Assembly (NCBI GenBank): GCA_051942245.1
Contig: JAVECL010000009.1
Span: 1 to 64,000 of the forward strand
Direction: 5' to 3'
Length of the DNA stretch: 64,000 nt
From: Trypethelium eluteriae
Lineage: Eukaryota
Below are positions 1 through 12,198 of the stretch, in pieces. Below the pieces are notes generated by a model that saw nothing but the letters and a program-made list of their open reading frames with translations, searched no databases and was not told the DNA's origin. Made by a program: the position numbers and the translations under genes. How positions within the stretch are numbered: position 1 is the first letter of the stretch; the number at the start of each line of letters is the position of its first letter.

Positions 1-136
1 AAAATTTGGAGTGATTTAGACGAGGTTAAAAGCAAACAACTCTACCAAACAACTCTACCCCATGTCGTGCTAACCCTAACCCTATTTTACTAACAAAAGC
101 AAACGATCCTTATAAGAGTTGTTTGCCCCATATAGG
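1..136. mobile_element. Terminal segment of a DNA transposon (piggyBac-like end), running off the left edge of the window
   Basis: AT-rich block with a tandem direct repeat CAAACAACTCTAC (33-45, 46-58) and an inverted copy AGAGTTGTTTGC (115-126). Read on the minus strand it begins CTAA|CCTATATGGGGC, resembling TTAA|CCY piggyBac ends. It abruptly truncates the adjacent Myb-like reading frame. Confidence 0.45.
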
Positions 137-1037
137 TTAGAGTTCCGGAGTCCATGGCACTTTCGCTGTTGTTTTCTTCCTACTGCCAAAGTCGATACCC
201 GTGGCTGCAATCACCGTACCAGTTCCAAGTGCAGGCCCCGATAGGACAAGCTTGCGCTCGATGTTGGCGGCGACCTCATTGGCGACGCGGGAGCGAACGC
301 CAGACAGGCGAAAAAACAGGCCGTAAAGGTGACGGCTGCGGCGGCGGCTTTGGGGCGGCGATTGCCAGCGTTGATAATACAATATCAATCTTATAATAAT
401 CAATCATTCTCACTGATCAAACCCGATATCTAGTAGTTAAGCCTACGGCCTTCTGAGGCGAACATGTTGTCATGCTCAGCTTCTTTGCCTTCGTGAGTCC
501 GTCGGCCCCTCCGAAACCAATTGGTGACCCTGAGCGAACACTCGTTATCAAAGCAACCGCTCGTTTTGTCCAATCTCGTGTTCAATGATCCTCGGATGCG
601 TTATTCATTTGAAATGCCCTCGTTGCCGTTGCCGACGCTCAATCCGTCCCGGATAGCGATCTCATGGGCGCCGCTCTCATCTACCCGGACCGCGTCGGCG
701 AGACGTATGTTGTGGCTTGCACGGAGAGGTGAGACCTACACAGAGAGGAATAGACAACGTCCAGCTTCTGCAACCGCTGGTCTTTGCTTACTGCATGTCT
801 CCGTAGGTCTTCTAGACGATGCCATGGATATCGGTCACTCTTCAGTCTTGCTATTCATGAGTTCCTTTTCACGCTTTCAACTTGCGTTGCTGAGGACGAT
901 CGGTTTTCGGCTTGGAGTATTGCTGGCTCAAAGCCGCGTGGACCGGGGTATCTACTGCTTTCAGTTTTAGATGCAACAGGCACAGTATCTCATGGCATCA
1001 TGTGTATGTAAGCCGTCCATTCACGCTATCTACTCAT
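137..1037 (-). pseudogene. RIP-degenerated gene with the start of a Myb/SANT-like motif, truncated by the transposon end
   Basis: The minus frame from ATG 1037 reads MSR*REWTAYIHMMP*DTVPVASK...NS*IARL, and its stops are TAG/TGA, as expected from C>T changes of CAG/CGA. There is a TpA-rich patch at 370-440. The distal frame ends RKKTTAKVPWTPEL*, similar to the W-T-x-E-E start of a Myb/SANT repeat. Confidence 0.45.
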
Positions 1038-1154
1038 GGGTCTATTAGTCTGATCAAATTGCGAGAGCAAATTTATTTCGAAGGAACATCACCAGGGGTC
1101 GTTCGATAACGGTACCCTCCGCTTCCTTCCCAACATTCCCCTTACCGCGAAAGG

Positions 1155-2781
1155 TCATGCTAGACTCAACTGGACTGGAAGGGGTGACCTATCCCAGACA
1201 GCATACGTTCGTTGGTTCTCCCAGACCATAAGTTCGGAAAGCTTTCCCGGCGCAGCCATGTCAAATGCGTAGAGCGTGTGTCCGATAATAAGATAGAGTT
1301 CTACACGGGCCAAATTTTGACCAATGCAATCGCGAGGTCCTTGCAAGAATGGTTGGAGAGCATCTTTTTTTTCTTTGGCAAAATCTCGCTTGGACTTCTG
1401 CCCGGGATAAGCTTCTTGATTGTCTAGCCATCGTTCGGGGACGAATTGATCGGGGTCGGTAAAGTTTGAGGGGGAAGTATTAGCAGCCCACATATGGTAT
1501 GAGACCACGGTCTCAAACATTCAGTCAGCCGGACTCAATTTTGTCAGCTCCAAGAAAGTGCTTACCCCAGCAGGAAGAGCATCACCGCAAATAATAGACC
1601 CGCCATCGGGAATCATTCTTGTGAGACCTAGTGGAACCGGAGATGTCGATCGCATTCCTTCTTGAACGACTGCACGTAAATACGGAAGACCGAGAAGGGA
1701 CTTCATATCGATCTGATTTTCTGTAGAAAAAGCAGAGCGCACCTCTTTCGTGACCCTCTGTAGACTTTCAGGATGCTGGATTAGACGTAAGGTTATCCCA
1801 GTCAAGGCGCTTTGTAAAGTATGGCTTCCGGCAAAGATCATTGTAGCGGCGTTGATTTCAATTTCGCTATCGCTCAAGTTGTCTCTGTTCTTTTCAAGAT
1901 GACTGAGGAAGTCCGGATGATCTGTAGGAGTCTTGAGACGTTTTTGAACCTTTTCCCGGGTGAAAGCTTGATGCTTCGCGAGGTTCTCTTTTGCCGACTT
2001 GGGCACCAGTTTCATAAGCAGCAGAAATAGGAACGGATAGAAACGGCAAGCAGCTATCTGAACCATAGCTTTGACGGAATAGACAAGCGATGCCACCCAG
2101 TCGTGATAGCGGCTTTGCTCAAGGCATGCTAGGTCTTCGCCAAAGCTAAGAGAGCATATGATGTCAAAGGTGCAGAAGCTATACCACTCTTGGAGGTCAA
2201 TCGGATTTGTGCCTTTTTTAACCAAGCTTCGGAGTTGTACGACCATTTTGTTGACATAAGACGTAATGAGAGGCTCCTGAGCTGATAGAGCTTGGTTGCT
2301 GAAAGAGTGAGACCATCCTTTGCGAATTCGCGCATGGTCAGTATCATTCCCTTCCAACATTGATACAGGTTGGCCCGGCTTAGGTGGAGGCTGTCGAATT
2401 GGGTCTTTTGGTAATGTTTTGAGTAAGGCATTCGGTCTCTTTGCGTAAATCTCCCGGATTGCATCTGGCTTGATGTACGATAGCTCGTTAGGTGCGACAC
2501 GTACAACATCTCCATATTGGGCATGGAAGTCTCTGATTTTGTGGGCAAGTGTGCCTGAGCGAAAAGCAAGCATATATGGCAACCGTGTCAGTGCCCATAG
2601 AAATGGACCTGGGTAACGGGAGAGTGGGTGGAAGTAGACTTTCTTGATCGCAATCAGCGTTACTCCCTAAATCATGGATGTCAGTATGTAGGCTGGTGTT
2701 GACCTTGATAAAGACTCAGATCTAGTATCTTACAAAGATCAGGATAGTCCCAAAGACGAACAAGGTGTTAACAGCCATCAT
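1155..2781 (-). CDS. Cytochrome P450 monooxygenase (CYP65/Tri11-like secondary-metabolism clan), 3 exons
   Basis: N-terminal TM segment, then YFHPLSRYPGP and YGDVVRVAPNELS. I-helix FAGSHT, EGMR (ExxR), PERW and heme motif PFLQGPRDCIG are present. Introns at ~2667-2733 and ~1511-1565. Confidence 0.93.
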
Positions 2782-4102
2782 GGTGTATAACTATGCTTCA
2801 AGATCGCAGCAGAGGTCTACCGAGCCTTTCGGATGCAGAGGTATTGGATCTCTGAAGTCTATGATGTGGTTCAAAAGGCTGAGGTTTGCAAGGTTTCTGG
2901 CTCGCGTGTCAAAAAAGCTATACATGGCAGCCATTTCCACAAGATTTTGCCGCCATCGTTGCGTGGTCCCTGAGAACGAGTTCCTTTGCTGGTAGACTGT
3001 CGTATTTAAGAGGAAGCTGACCGGAGGGAGCTACGGAATCTCGGAATTCCGGAAGGGAGGAGGACAAGTTTTGCCCAAAGCTCTCTGTGAAACGCTCATT
3101 CTGAACCATGACTCCAAATTGCGCGTGAACCCGCGAGTACGGCACTTACGGCTGGGCGCGGAACGCCCTCTTGGTCCACTCATCCTCTTAGTACGGACTT
3201 CCATTCGCTGTCCGTCCACAGCATCTCGTGCTTATCCACGTTTCAAGACATCTTGTCTCGCGGGCTGAAGGATCTTCGAGCGCAGAAACAGACATCGACA
3301 GCCCCCTTTCTGCGTATGGTGTGATGGATTGGAGTAGTCTCGTAAGCATAACCAAGTATGGAATAGACTATCCGGTACACAGGCTATTCTGAATTAGGCT
3401 TAGACTAAACAGATGATCATCTGTATTTAGCTGGTTACCTACCTGCTTAGCTTTAGTAAGCTACATAAGATCTGCTCTAAGTCAAATCAGGTCTAGTTTT
3501 CAATCCTCTCCCCTTTGTGTAGATCTCTGTGCAGAGATGCGCGATCCAATTCAGTAAACAGTAGACCTCATCAGCCAAGTACATACATATGGATACAATG
3601 CGGGCAATTGTACTTATGCAATCACATTCAATCTCATGGATTCAGATTCTACTTGTATACAGTTATGCTTACGAACATTACCCAGACTTCATCCGTTGGC
3701 TCCTCTAACCGCATTTACAACAGAGCAATCTTGCCACGCGGTGGTCTATATCTAGCCTGCCTGCCATGGTTCCGGAGTATATGCGCTACAAGACAAGCAT
3801 TCGTCACAGGATGGGCTGAAGACCATAGTCCGAAACTTAGCAGGTGCTCCGCCGTTGAGCAGCTCAATATCCATTCGAAGCAAAAGCCTTGTAGAATCTA
3901 TCTACGAATCGGTATCGATACATGTATGAATGGACATGATTCATGTTGTTCAGCACAGGCTAAGGCGAAGAATTCGAAAGCCGGGAGCACAACATAACGT
4001 TCACAGCCTTGGAGATATAAGCGCAGTGACAGCGAATGTTGACTCCGGAGTACGTCCAATATTGGGAATACTCTTCAAACTTGATCCAGTCGCTCCGATA
4101 TA

Positions 4103-7100
4103 TTATATCGAGAGTAAAAGGATACTCGTAAATATACACGAGAGACCAAATGCCTTTCGCACGACGTGGGATGGGGCGCTGGCAGTCTGCAGAGACTTGG
4201 TAGAAACAGAGTCATCCGTAGGACCAGGAGTTAATGAATGTGCAGTCGTCGGATCCGCAACCTGCCATGGAATTGTTGTCGCCTTCTTTGTATCAATCTC
4301 TACAATAGCGCTCGATTCAATGCTCAAGGTGGTCCCGTCGATCGTCACAACATCTCCGAAGTGTAGGGTTTGTCCTCCAATCACAACCTCGGTCCTTCCA
4401 AATGCATCCCGTTGTTGAACCGCAGTAATTGGTAGACCGTTCAGTGAGAGTACCACTTCCGTAAATTCTAGGCCCGCCGCCTGCCATGGTATGATGCTCG
4501 TCTTGCCTCCCACAATCTCAGTGATACCGCTCGCCCCAGCATTAATTAGTGCATCGCCTTTCGAAAAAGTCTGTCCGACCAAAAAAGTACTGCCATCAAG
4601 TACGATTTTGGCGCTCCCACTTGGTCCGAACTCTTCAGTGGCAGTGACCCGCTTGCCTTCGAGAGTGATCACAGCTTCGGAGATCTGAGGAGGACGAGTC
4701 TGCCAGGGTACGAGCGAGGTCTTGCCTTCGGCTTCTTCTACTATACCGCTCGCTGCTGCGCTGATGGTTGTTCCGCCGGTGACGAGGGTAGTTCCAAGAG
4801 CCAGCGTTCGGCCTCCAAGGACCATCTCTGGATTGCCGAAGGGATCCATGACTTCAAATGCTGTTACGAACTTGCCATCGATAGCAAGGATGGCCTGCGT
4901 GACCTTTTGACCCGATTCAACAGGTTCAGCGCCTGTGTTGTCCTCACTAGAAGTGCCCAAAGAGCCTGACCAATCGCTCTGAAAGTCTGAAGATGGTTTG
5001 TTATACGATGCAGGATCCGGCGCCATGCTTGCCATTTCTCCGGCACCCGTGCCTCCTTCATTACTGTTCTGGTGAGTAGTATCTTCAGCTGCGGCGTCGG
5101 AACTAGGATCCGTAGCTGCAGATCCATCATGAGAATGACCATGAGAGTCTGTGTTCTCCGAGGGATTGTCTGCGATGCCTGAACTGTCTATAGCCATTTC
5201 GATCTCTTCACCAGTCTGTGAACTACCTAAATGAGAAGACGGAGGATCGAATGGAAGTCGACTGGGTTTCCCTTGCCAAGCTTGCGCTCCGTCTCCATTG
5301 CCGCTGCCTGCTCCATCATGTGGATCTGCGTTACCTGCCTGTAAACCGAACATTTTAGCAATGATATTTCCTGGCGATCTCCCAGATTCGCCGTGATACT
5401 GAGACACCGAGTCTTGGCTCATATACACCGGGCTATTCGCTCCTTGCATAGAGTTTCCCTCTGGCAAACGAACATCTGAATCCATGCTTTGGTGTCTGCC
5501 AGGGTCGCTTTCAATAATACCTGAGATATCCAGAACAAAACTTGGACTCTGGTTCGAACTGTCAGCGAGAGGATGTTGCTGAGACTTGAAACCTCCAATT
5601 TTGGTATGTCCCTGTTCTTGGGGAGGTGGAAATTCAACAGCCGAGCTCGGAGAGTTCCACCGATGGGAACTATCGCCACCAATTGCTGCTCCTGTTGGGC
5701 CAGAATCGAGTGTTTGTGGTGAGTTAGACTTGGCAGGATACGTGGCGCTCAGAGCTGTGGGAGATATAGTGGGAGGACGCATAATCGCTGAAGGGCCAGG
5801 CGGTGGCCTCCAGCTATTTGGTGTCGGTTGAAGGAAACCTGTTCGGATTTCACCTTGGGTGGTAGTAAAAGGATCTTCTGGCGAAGCTGCGACTGAAGTG
5901 CCTGTCAATGCGTATGGCGGGTCACTGATTCCGACGAAGAGACCACACGTTGACCATTCAGGATCCAATCCTTTGACTTGTGAAGGAAATGCAAGGGTAG
6001 GGTTAAAGTCTCCATAGATAGTAGGCCTATCACCTGGTCCTGTTGCGATGCAACAATAAACATTAGCTGGAGCTGGGCTAGCGAGATCGGCCCAGTTCAT
6101 AGGTTCAGAAGGACCACCATATCCGCCATAGGCGTTGCAGGCAAATGTTGAAACTTCTGCCGGATCCACAGGCACGACTTGATTGTACAAAGTTTCGGTT
6201 CCAATCCAGACATCCCCTCTGACAGTCCACAAGGAGTCGAAAGAGTAATAGACAGTTGGTGACGTTAGCGTATGGCCGTCGTAGACAGCAGTGACAATAT
6301 CCGCATCCGCAGATGTCATAACAACCGTTCGTTTTCCTGAGCAAGCTGCACAGAGCCCAGTAGAATTGTAACCCTCATCCCAGGGAAAGGAGGACGAAGA
6401 GGTAGCGTTTGCGTTGCTGTTAACACATTCAGTATCGCAAAGGTCTCCCACTATCTTTTCAGGCTGCCAGTATAATAGTTGGACTACACCACCTTCAATC
6501 TGTACTCGTGTGAGCGTGAAAACTCGATACATAGTTCAAAACGGTTATAGTGAGTAGGCACTTACTTCACAACCTGAGTCGAACTGTTGACAGGGTTGAA
6601 GGTCTCTCATATAATCGTCCAGATCATCATGCAAGGAGATGCTCATGCTAGAAAGGACTGCGCACTCCTGCGAAGGGATCGTACATGTTGGAGTAGGGTA
6701 AGTAAAACTGCTCCCGGGCCCAATTGCAACAAATGTATTTGTCGTTATCAACAGAGTTGTAACATATTGCGGGGCATCAACTCGGGGAATACCATCGCAG
6801 AGCGTATAAAAGCTGGTTGCAGCTGGATTGCTGGAGAGAGTCACAATCTCAAAGCCTGTTTGAACCGTTGTATAAGTATTTGCATTGTAATCCACGTATG
6901 CTAATGAGTAAGTAGAGTAATAAGCCGAAGAGTACCAACACTGCCAAGCACTGGATATGACTGGGTCATTGAACTCTGTAATGGTTGATACATTGAATGC
7001 AAGAGATGTACTCGTGAAGTTGCTGGAGATTTTCGTGGGGGATATGGTCGAAGTCGAATTGGCATGCGATGAGCTGACTGAGGGCAAGGAGCTGTTGAGC

Positions 7101-7570
7101 GGCTTTTTGAACGACTGAAAAGGAGAGGGGAGAGTCCGATTATAAGTTGTGCTTTGTATGGATACCTCGGTAGGATTTGTACTGTTCTGAGGACTGTCCA
7201 AGCTTTGCGGAAAAGCAGTGACGGTGAGTTTTTTTCGATCTGAGTTGACTCTTGAGCTGTCGTCTGTTGCTGTGTCCCAGGCGCTCTTCATTGATTGTCG
7301 CACGGTCGTTGGTGTCGCATTTGCATTGCTAACGTTGCTGGATATTTCAACCGACTCAGACAAAGACTGTTGAATAGTCGTATCATTTAGCTGCCCAGGA
7401 TTAGTTTTATCGTATACGTCCGAATCGATATGCGTCGCAGGCTTGAGGAGGTTCGTGGGTGAGTTGTGATCACGAAGTTCGGTATGTCCAACGGTATCTG
7501 AGGTTGCTAAATTCCCCGCCAAGATCAGTATGAGACCGATGTTCAGTTGATTCGATCTGTATTCATACAT
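4103..7570 (-). CDS. Large secreted Ser/Thr/Gly-rich cell-surface protein, probably GPI-anchored (~1130 aa)
   Basis: ORFs 6545-7570 and 4103-6532 join in frame through a GTAAGT...CAG intron (6500-6565). Features are a hydrophobic N-terminus (IGLILILAG), many NxS/T sites, a Cys-containing central domain (VQLLYW...LTSPTVY...DPPYAL) and a hydrophobic C-terminus (AFGLSCIFTSILLLSI). The exact start is uncertain. Confidence 0.8.
4247..4903 (-). repeat. Three tandem 73-aa (219-nt) protein repeats ending in PWQ
   Basis: The PWQ codons recur at 4700, 4481 and 4262, spaced exactly 219 nt apart. The units align without gaps. Confidence 0.9.
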
Positions 7571-9238
7571 CTATTGGGGGTCAGGGTGAGTGTCCGAGAA
7601 ATAAAAAGAATTAACGTCAAGACAAGATTATGCGCTCGTGTCATTGCACCGAATGAAGTGACAAATGGATGACCATATTAGAGAAACAGAAAGAGTCCAA
7701 ATCTCAGGAACATGGTCGAAGAACTGGAACTTGCAAATTATGTTCGGTCCGCCATCTGAATCGTTTCTTTCATATGAACTGCACCACACACGCTCATAGC
7801 ATAGATGAAACATGCACGAGGCGACGCCTGCATTACAGCTCTCCTCCAATACGGCTTGCCTGCGCCAGAGAAACCTGCAGGGTAAGTCTTAATAAAACGG
7901 AACTTCTGCTGAGTGATAATTTCCTAGCACATGCAGTCAGCCGAATCGTGCATTTGATGCAGCTTCGATTCTGCCCTACCATCATCTTGTCATTCTACCA
8001 CAGCTAGATAGAAGATGCTAATATTTGACTGGCGCGATGCATGCACCTTGCCACACGCCAAGCTACATATGCTGCTAGAGCATTTTGAAGCTGGCCCGTG
8101 TCGCAGGGGAAAGGGCCCGTCTCAAGGTAATTTGCGGGCGCCGCAGATGAGCTGAAAATTTTAGGCAAGCCGACCCAGACTTTCAAGGCGGAAGAGTACC
8201 CGACAAACTCCTCTTATTTGTTCCTCCTTGAGCAGGAGTCAGATATCAGCATGAGTATCTCACCAGTTTACACCAATATGCATGCCGTGGACCACCCGAT
8301 ACATGGTTTGAGCAATGTGCGATAAACCAAAGTACGCATCTATGCAGTCAGAGCAACCATGAACAACGGACTGCTATCCTTCGAATAGAACATGGCGGTA
8401 AAGAGATCATGTGAGATGAGATGGATTGCATTTAGACAACCGTCGTTCTGTTACAGAATTGACAACCCCTCCTTTTGTGATGACGACACGATCGAAGATG
8501 ATGTTGGGTATGATAGACGGTGAAAGCAGACTTTGCTATTGACATTATGAAGGATCAGAACAACGGACTGTGACTATCCAACGTTACCATGGCCTATCTT
8601 GAATTCGAAGGTGAATCCGACGAGTTTAGAGGGCCAATCTCATCTTGCGACTTTAATTCGGGCATAATCCAAACGCCGAGGCTAGACTGGCGTGACTGGG
8701 TGGAAGAACGTGAGTATACTTTGTGTGATTGGTTAACTTCAAACAAATTGTACTCCTTGGTAATACGGTCCTTTGTAAACTGATGACTTCTTTTGTAGGG
8801 AAAATGGCAGTCAAAACAAGGACAGGAATAATCTGTACTCTAAAGGTAGATTTAGGTCAGCTTACGACAACTATATCGCCGACGTGCACCCATTGAAATC
8901 TTTCGGTGCGAAGAGGCCCGCCGGGGTACAATGCGACTCATTCTTCTCACAGCTTGATTGAGCAAGCCTTGTGCAGGCAGCTCCTTCTCTAGTGCAGTCA
9001 TCCAACTGTGCCGCAATCATATACAGACAGATTGTAATACAAGTTGAGGATGCACCTCCATATCGCAATGGAAGTTCTGCCTAGCCATACCAGGCAGCAG
9101 AATCCACTTGGCTTCGGTATATATGACTTCGTTCTCCTTCAGAAGTCTCATCAATTATTGTCTGTCTCGTAGCTAACGCCAGAATCTTGTGTCCAGATCG
9201 TTGTATAACATCGCATTATCCTCCATCCGTCATTCAAA

Positions 9239-11149
9239 ATGGTCAAAGTCCTCGAAAGACCCCCAGCAGAGTTACCAGATCCTGGGCCGGGTAAGGTTTT
9301 ACATACTTGGCCTCCTCATGCACGATATATGAGCGACCCATTGTACTACGACACTCTAGGCCGCGATCCTTTTGATCAAGTCAAGTTCTGGAAACTCTCC
9401 GACCCCGCCGTCCGAGCAGAGGAGCTTGAGAAGATTCTTAAAGAACATTTGGATCATGGAAAAGAGTATACCGATGAGCATACTGAAGATGAGCACCGTC
9501 GACAAATGATGTTTACTGCTGCAGCCAAGGGTGCGGAGGATGTACTGCGGGCTTTGATCAAAACTGGCACAAAGGCACACCCCGAGGCGAAAGCTAATGA
9601 AGACCAAAGTTGCGTTCCGATTTTTGCTGCTGCAAATCATGGGCACCTCGGCAGCGTCAAACTACTTATTGAAGAGGCCGGTGTAAGTGTGGAGGCGAAG
9701 AACGAGATGGGCGAGACTCCGCTCCTCACTGCCGCTCTCGCTGGAGAAATAGAAATTGTTCGATACCTGCTCGGAGAAGGTGCAGATCCAAGAGTGCGAA
9801 TAAACCCGGAAAGCGAGATCACTCAGGAATACACACCCGGACAATGGGCCGCTGCGAACGCTCTGGAGCTGGCAGCAAGCCAAGGGCATATGGATATTGT
9901 TAAATTGCTGTTGGAACATCCATTCTACGGATCGACTCGCAAGCGAAAGAATCGAGATGGGGAGGAGGACGGTATATGGGTGACGCCTTTGGCCTTGCAA
10001 GGTGCAGCAGCGAGCCGGAATTTTGACATGCTAAAGCTCCTGCTGGAGCGAGGTGCTTACCCAGTGGAAGACGATGATGGGGTGACTAAAGGAGAGCGGC
10101 TGAATAATGAAAGGGAAGCCATCAAGGGAGCACTCCCAGAGGCTGCACGATTAGGAGATCTCGAGACATTGAAGACCTTGCTAAGCTATTTCTATCCTAC
10201 AGATCAACAAGGAAACTTGAAACCGTTCGATCTACCTGAAAATCTGCATCAAGACTTCGTGGATGGTGTATTCAATACCGCAATGTTTGATCAACCCGAA
10301 AAGTTTGAGTTTCTTTACAGTTTCGATCTGAAAGAGCCTCCCAAAAGGTCCTTGAACAAGCTTCCAGAGGGTATGAAGCTTAACTTGCCTCGACTTCTCG
10401 AGATCGCGGCCGAACATAGTGCCCTTGGGATGGCAAAGCTCCTGATCAACAAGTATAACGTTGATCCCAACGACATGCGTAGACCTCCAGCAACGACACC
10501 GCTTTATACCGCCGCCTCAAACAAACAAACGGATATGGCTCGCTATCTACTTGAGAACCACAAGATCGACCTTCACAAAGGACACGGCCGCTTTATCACC
10601 GGGCCAACCCCACTATGGGTCGCCATTAGCATCCATGCAGGAGATGCTGCTATCCTCCTCCTTCAACATGGTGGACCTATCGAGCATATTGATGATGATC
10701 TTCTCGATATTGACAAGCCAACAAAAGCCGTTCTTGTCGAAACCGCGACCACTCGCGCACCCGTCCGTCTCATAGCTGAAGCCAACGCAAAAGAAAGACC
10801 TCTCAAGAATGATCGCGCTTCACGCTCCTCGCTCCTTGAGTTAGACCCAGAAACAGATAAAGAATGGATGAAGAAGCTACAACAGCGCAAGTCCGACGCT
10901 GAATTACTTGAAGAGGAGGAAGAATCGGTGGATTTCGGAGGTAATAGATTCTTCCGGGACTTGAATCGTGAAGAGGAAGAAAGACTCGGTCATCCTAAGG
11001 CAGAAGACGAGGAGGATCCAAAAAGGAGAAATCCCGAGTTTCCAACTAATAAGCAAAGGGAGGATGAGATGCATGATACGGACTGGGAGCCTGGTTTGAT
11101 ATTCCATGATCCCGAAAAGGATAGTGCGGGGGCTGAAGTGACCTCATAA
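9239..11149 (+). CDS. Ankyrin-repeat protein (636 aa, single exon)
   Basis: Repeated ANK consensus segments: PIFAAANHGHLGSVKLLIE, GETPLLTAALAGEIEIVRYLLGEGAD, ALELAASQGHMDIVKLLLEH, TPLYTAASNKQTDMARYLLE. The C-terminal tail is acidic. Confidence 0.92.
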   Translation: MVKVLERPPAELPDPGPGKVLHTWPPHARYMSDPLYYDTLGRDPFDQVKFWKLSDPAVRAEELEKILKEHLDHGKEYTDEHTEDEHRRQMMFTAAAKGAEDVLRALIKTGTKAHPEAKANEDQSCVPIFAAANHGHLGSVKLLIEEAGVSVEAKNEMGETPLLTAALAGEIEIVRYLLGEGADPRVRINPESEITQEYTPGQWAAANALELAASQGHMDIVKLLLEHPFYGSTRKRKNRDGEEDGIWVTPLALQGAAASRNFDMLKLLLERGAYPVEDDDGVTKGERLNNEREAIKGALPEAARLGDLETLKTLLSYFYPTDQQGNLKPFDLPENLHQDFVDGVFNTAMFDQPEKFEFLYSFDLKEPPKRSLNKLPEGMKLNLPRLLEIAAEHSALGMAKLLINKYNVDPNDMRRPPATTPLYTAASNKQTDMARYLLENHKIDLHKGHGRFITGPTPLWVAISIHAGDAAILLLQHGGPIEHIDDDLLDIDKPTKAVLVETATTRAPVRLIAEANAKERPLKNDRASRSSLLELDPETDKEWMKKLQQRKSDAELLEEEEESVDFGGNRFFRDLNREEEERLGHPKAEDEEDPKRRNPEFPTNKQREDEMHDTDWEPGLIFHDPEKDSAGAEVTS

Positions 11150-12198
11150 GCCTACTTTGATGGGAAGTTAAGCAGAGGACCAAAAGATTCCATGTAATCA
11201 AGCTTGCTGTGATATTCCTCATAATTTCAAGAGCAGATTGCATAGGTAAGAGATAACAGATGGTATTGAGGTAGAAGAAGGCAGAAAGATAAAATGACGA
11301 GTTCTAGCTTGATGTCGTGTGGAGTACTGCATATCTTCAAGCCAAAATTAAACATTAACAACATCTTCTCTCGACTCTCCAATAATCAGTTGAACTTTCA
11401 TCTCCACCAAATACGTCTCACTAAGGGTCTCTCGTAAACATGGGGGCCAAATTGCTGGTTATATCTATTAGCGCCGGAGCGTCTCATTTTTGTCTATTAG
11501 TGTAGTGGAAAATCCACATAGACCAGACCATGGGCTTAACTCCCCGGCGATTGCAAAGCAGTCTAATGCTCTACCGCCTCGAGCAAACATCACGTTCATT
11601 TACATCTCAGCATTGCGAAAGGAAATTCTACTCCAACTCGTTCTCTTGTCTGCCCCTGAACTTCCTTCATTATTTATCCCTATCTGCGACATAATCCTTT
11701 TTTTCGAGTAGTCAGTGCTTCATTCAATATACTTTATGGAGCTTTCTCGGGTGAGTTTATCAGTTGATAAGCGTAAATTAGCGTCAGGGGATATCAGGCA
11801 CCGGATCCGAGGAGCCAAGAAAGCGGGGGATCGACATGGATATCGATGTCAATCTCGGAGACCCTGCATAACTTAAGCGCAAGGTTCTCCACAGACTTTG
11901 GCTCCATTCAGCAGGTCCTTTACAAGATAATGTCTGAGTTTGATAGAAGCTTGCACGTCATGACCTCGCCATAGAAGCAGGCGATATCGCAATGGTCCCG
12001 ACGGTGATTTGCGCGGGTAGACAATTGATAGCAGGGTAGTATTGTTAAATATCCACTCATGGCCACCTAAAGAGCCTCCAGGTCTGTCACCGGCGGATAC
12101 ATCCTTGTTCTGCTGTTCTCATTTATTCTTCGGACTTCCATGTCATTTGTCTAATCCTCTCGTATCATTCTCCCCCCTTTTTTGCATCTTGCATGAGG

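Noticed and set aside
71..83. TAACCCTAACCCT as a telomere or telomerase RNA template
   Set aside because: Only about two units, embedded in a transposon-like end. There is no long array and no supporting RNA structure.
521..970. 149-aa plus-strand ORF
   Set aside because: TTG start and no motif. It is best explained as the antisense shadow of the minus-strand pseudogene.
3409..3424. Perfect 16-bp palindrome ACAGATGATCATCTGT
   Set aside because: About one such palindrome is expected by chance in 64 kb, and it has no associated feature.
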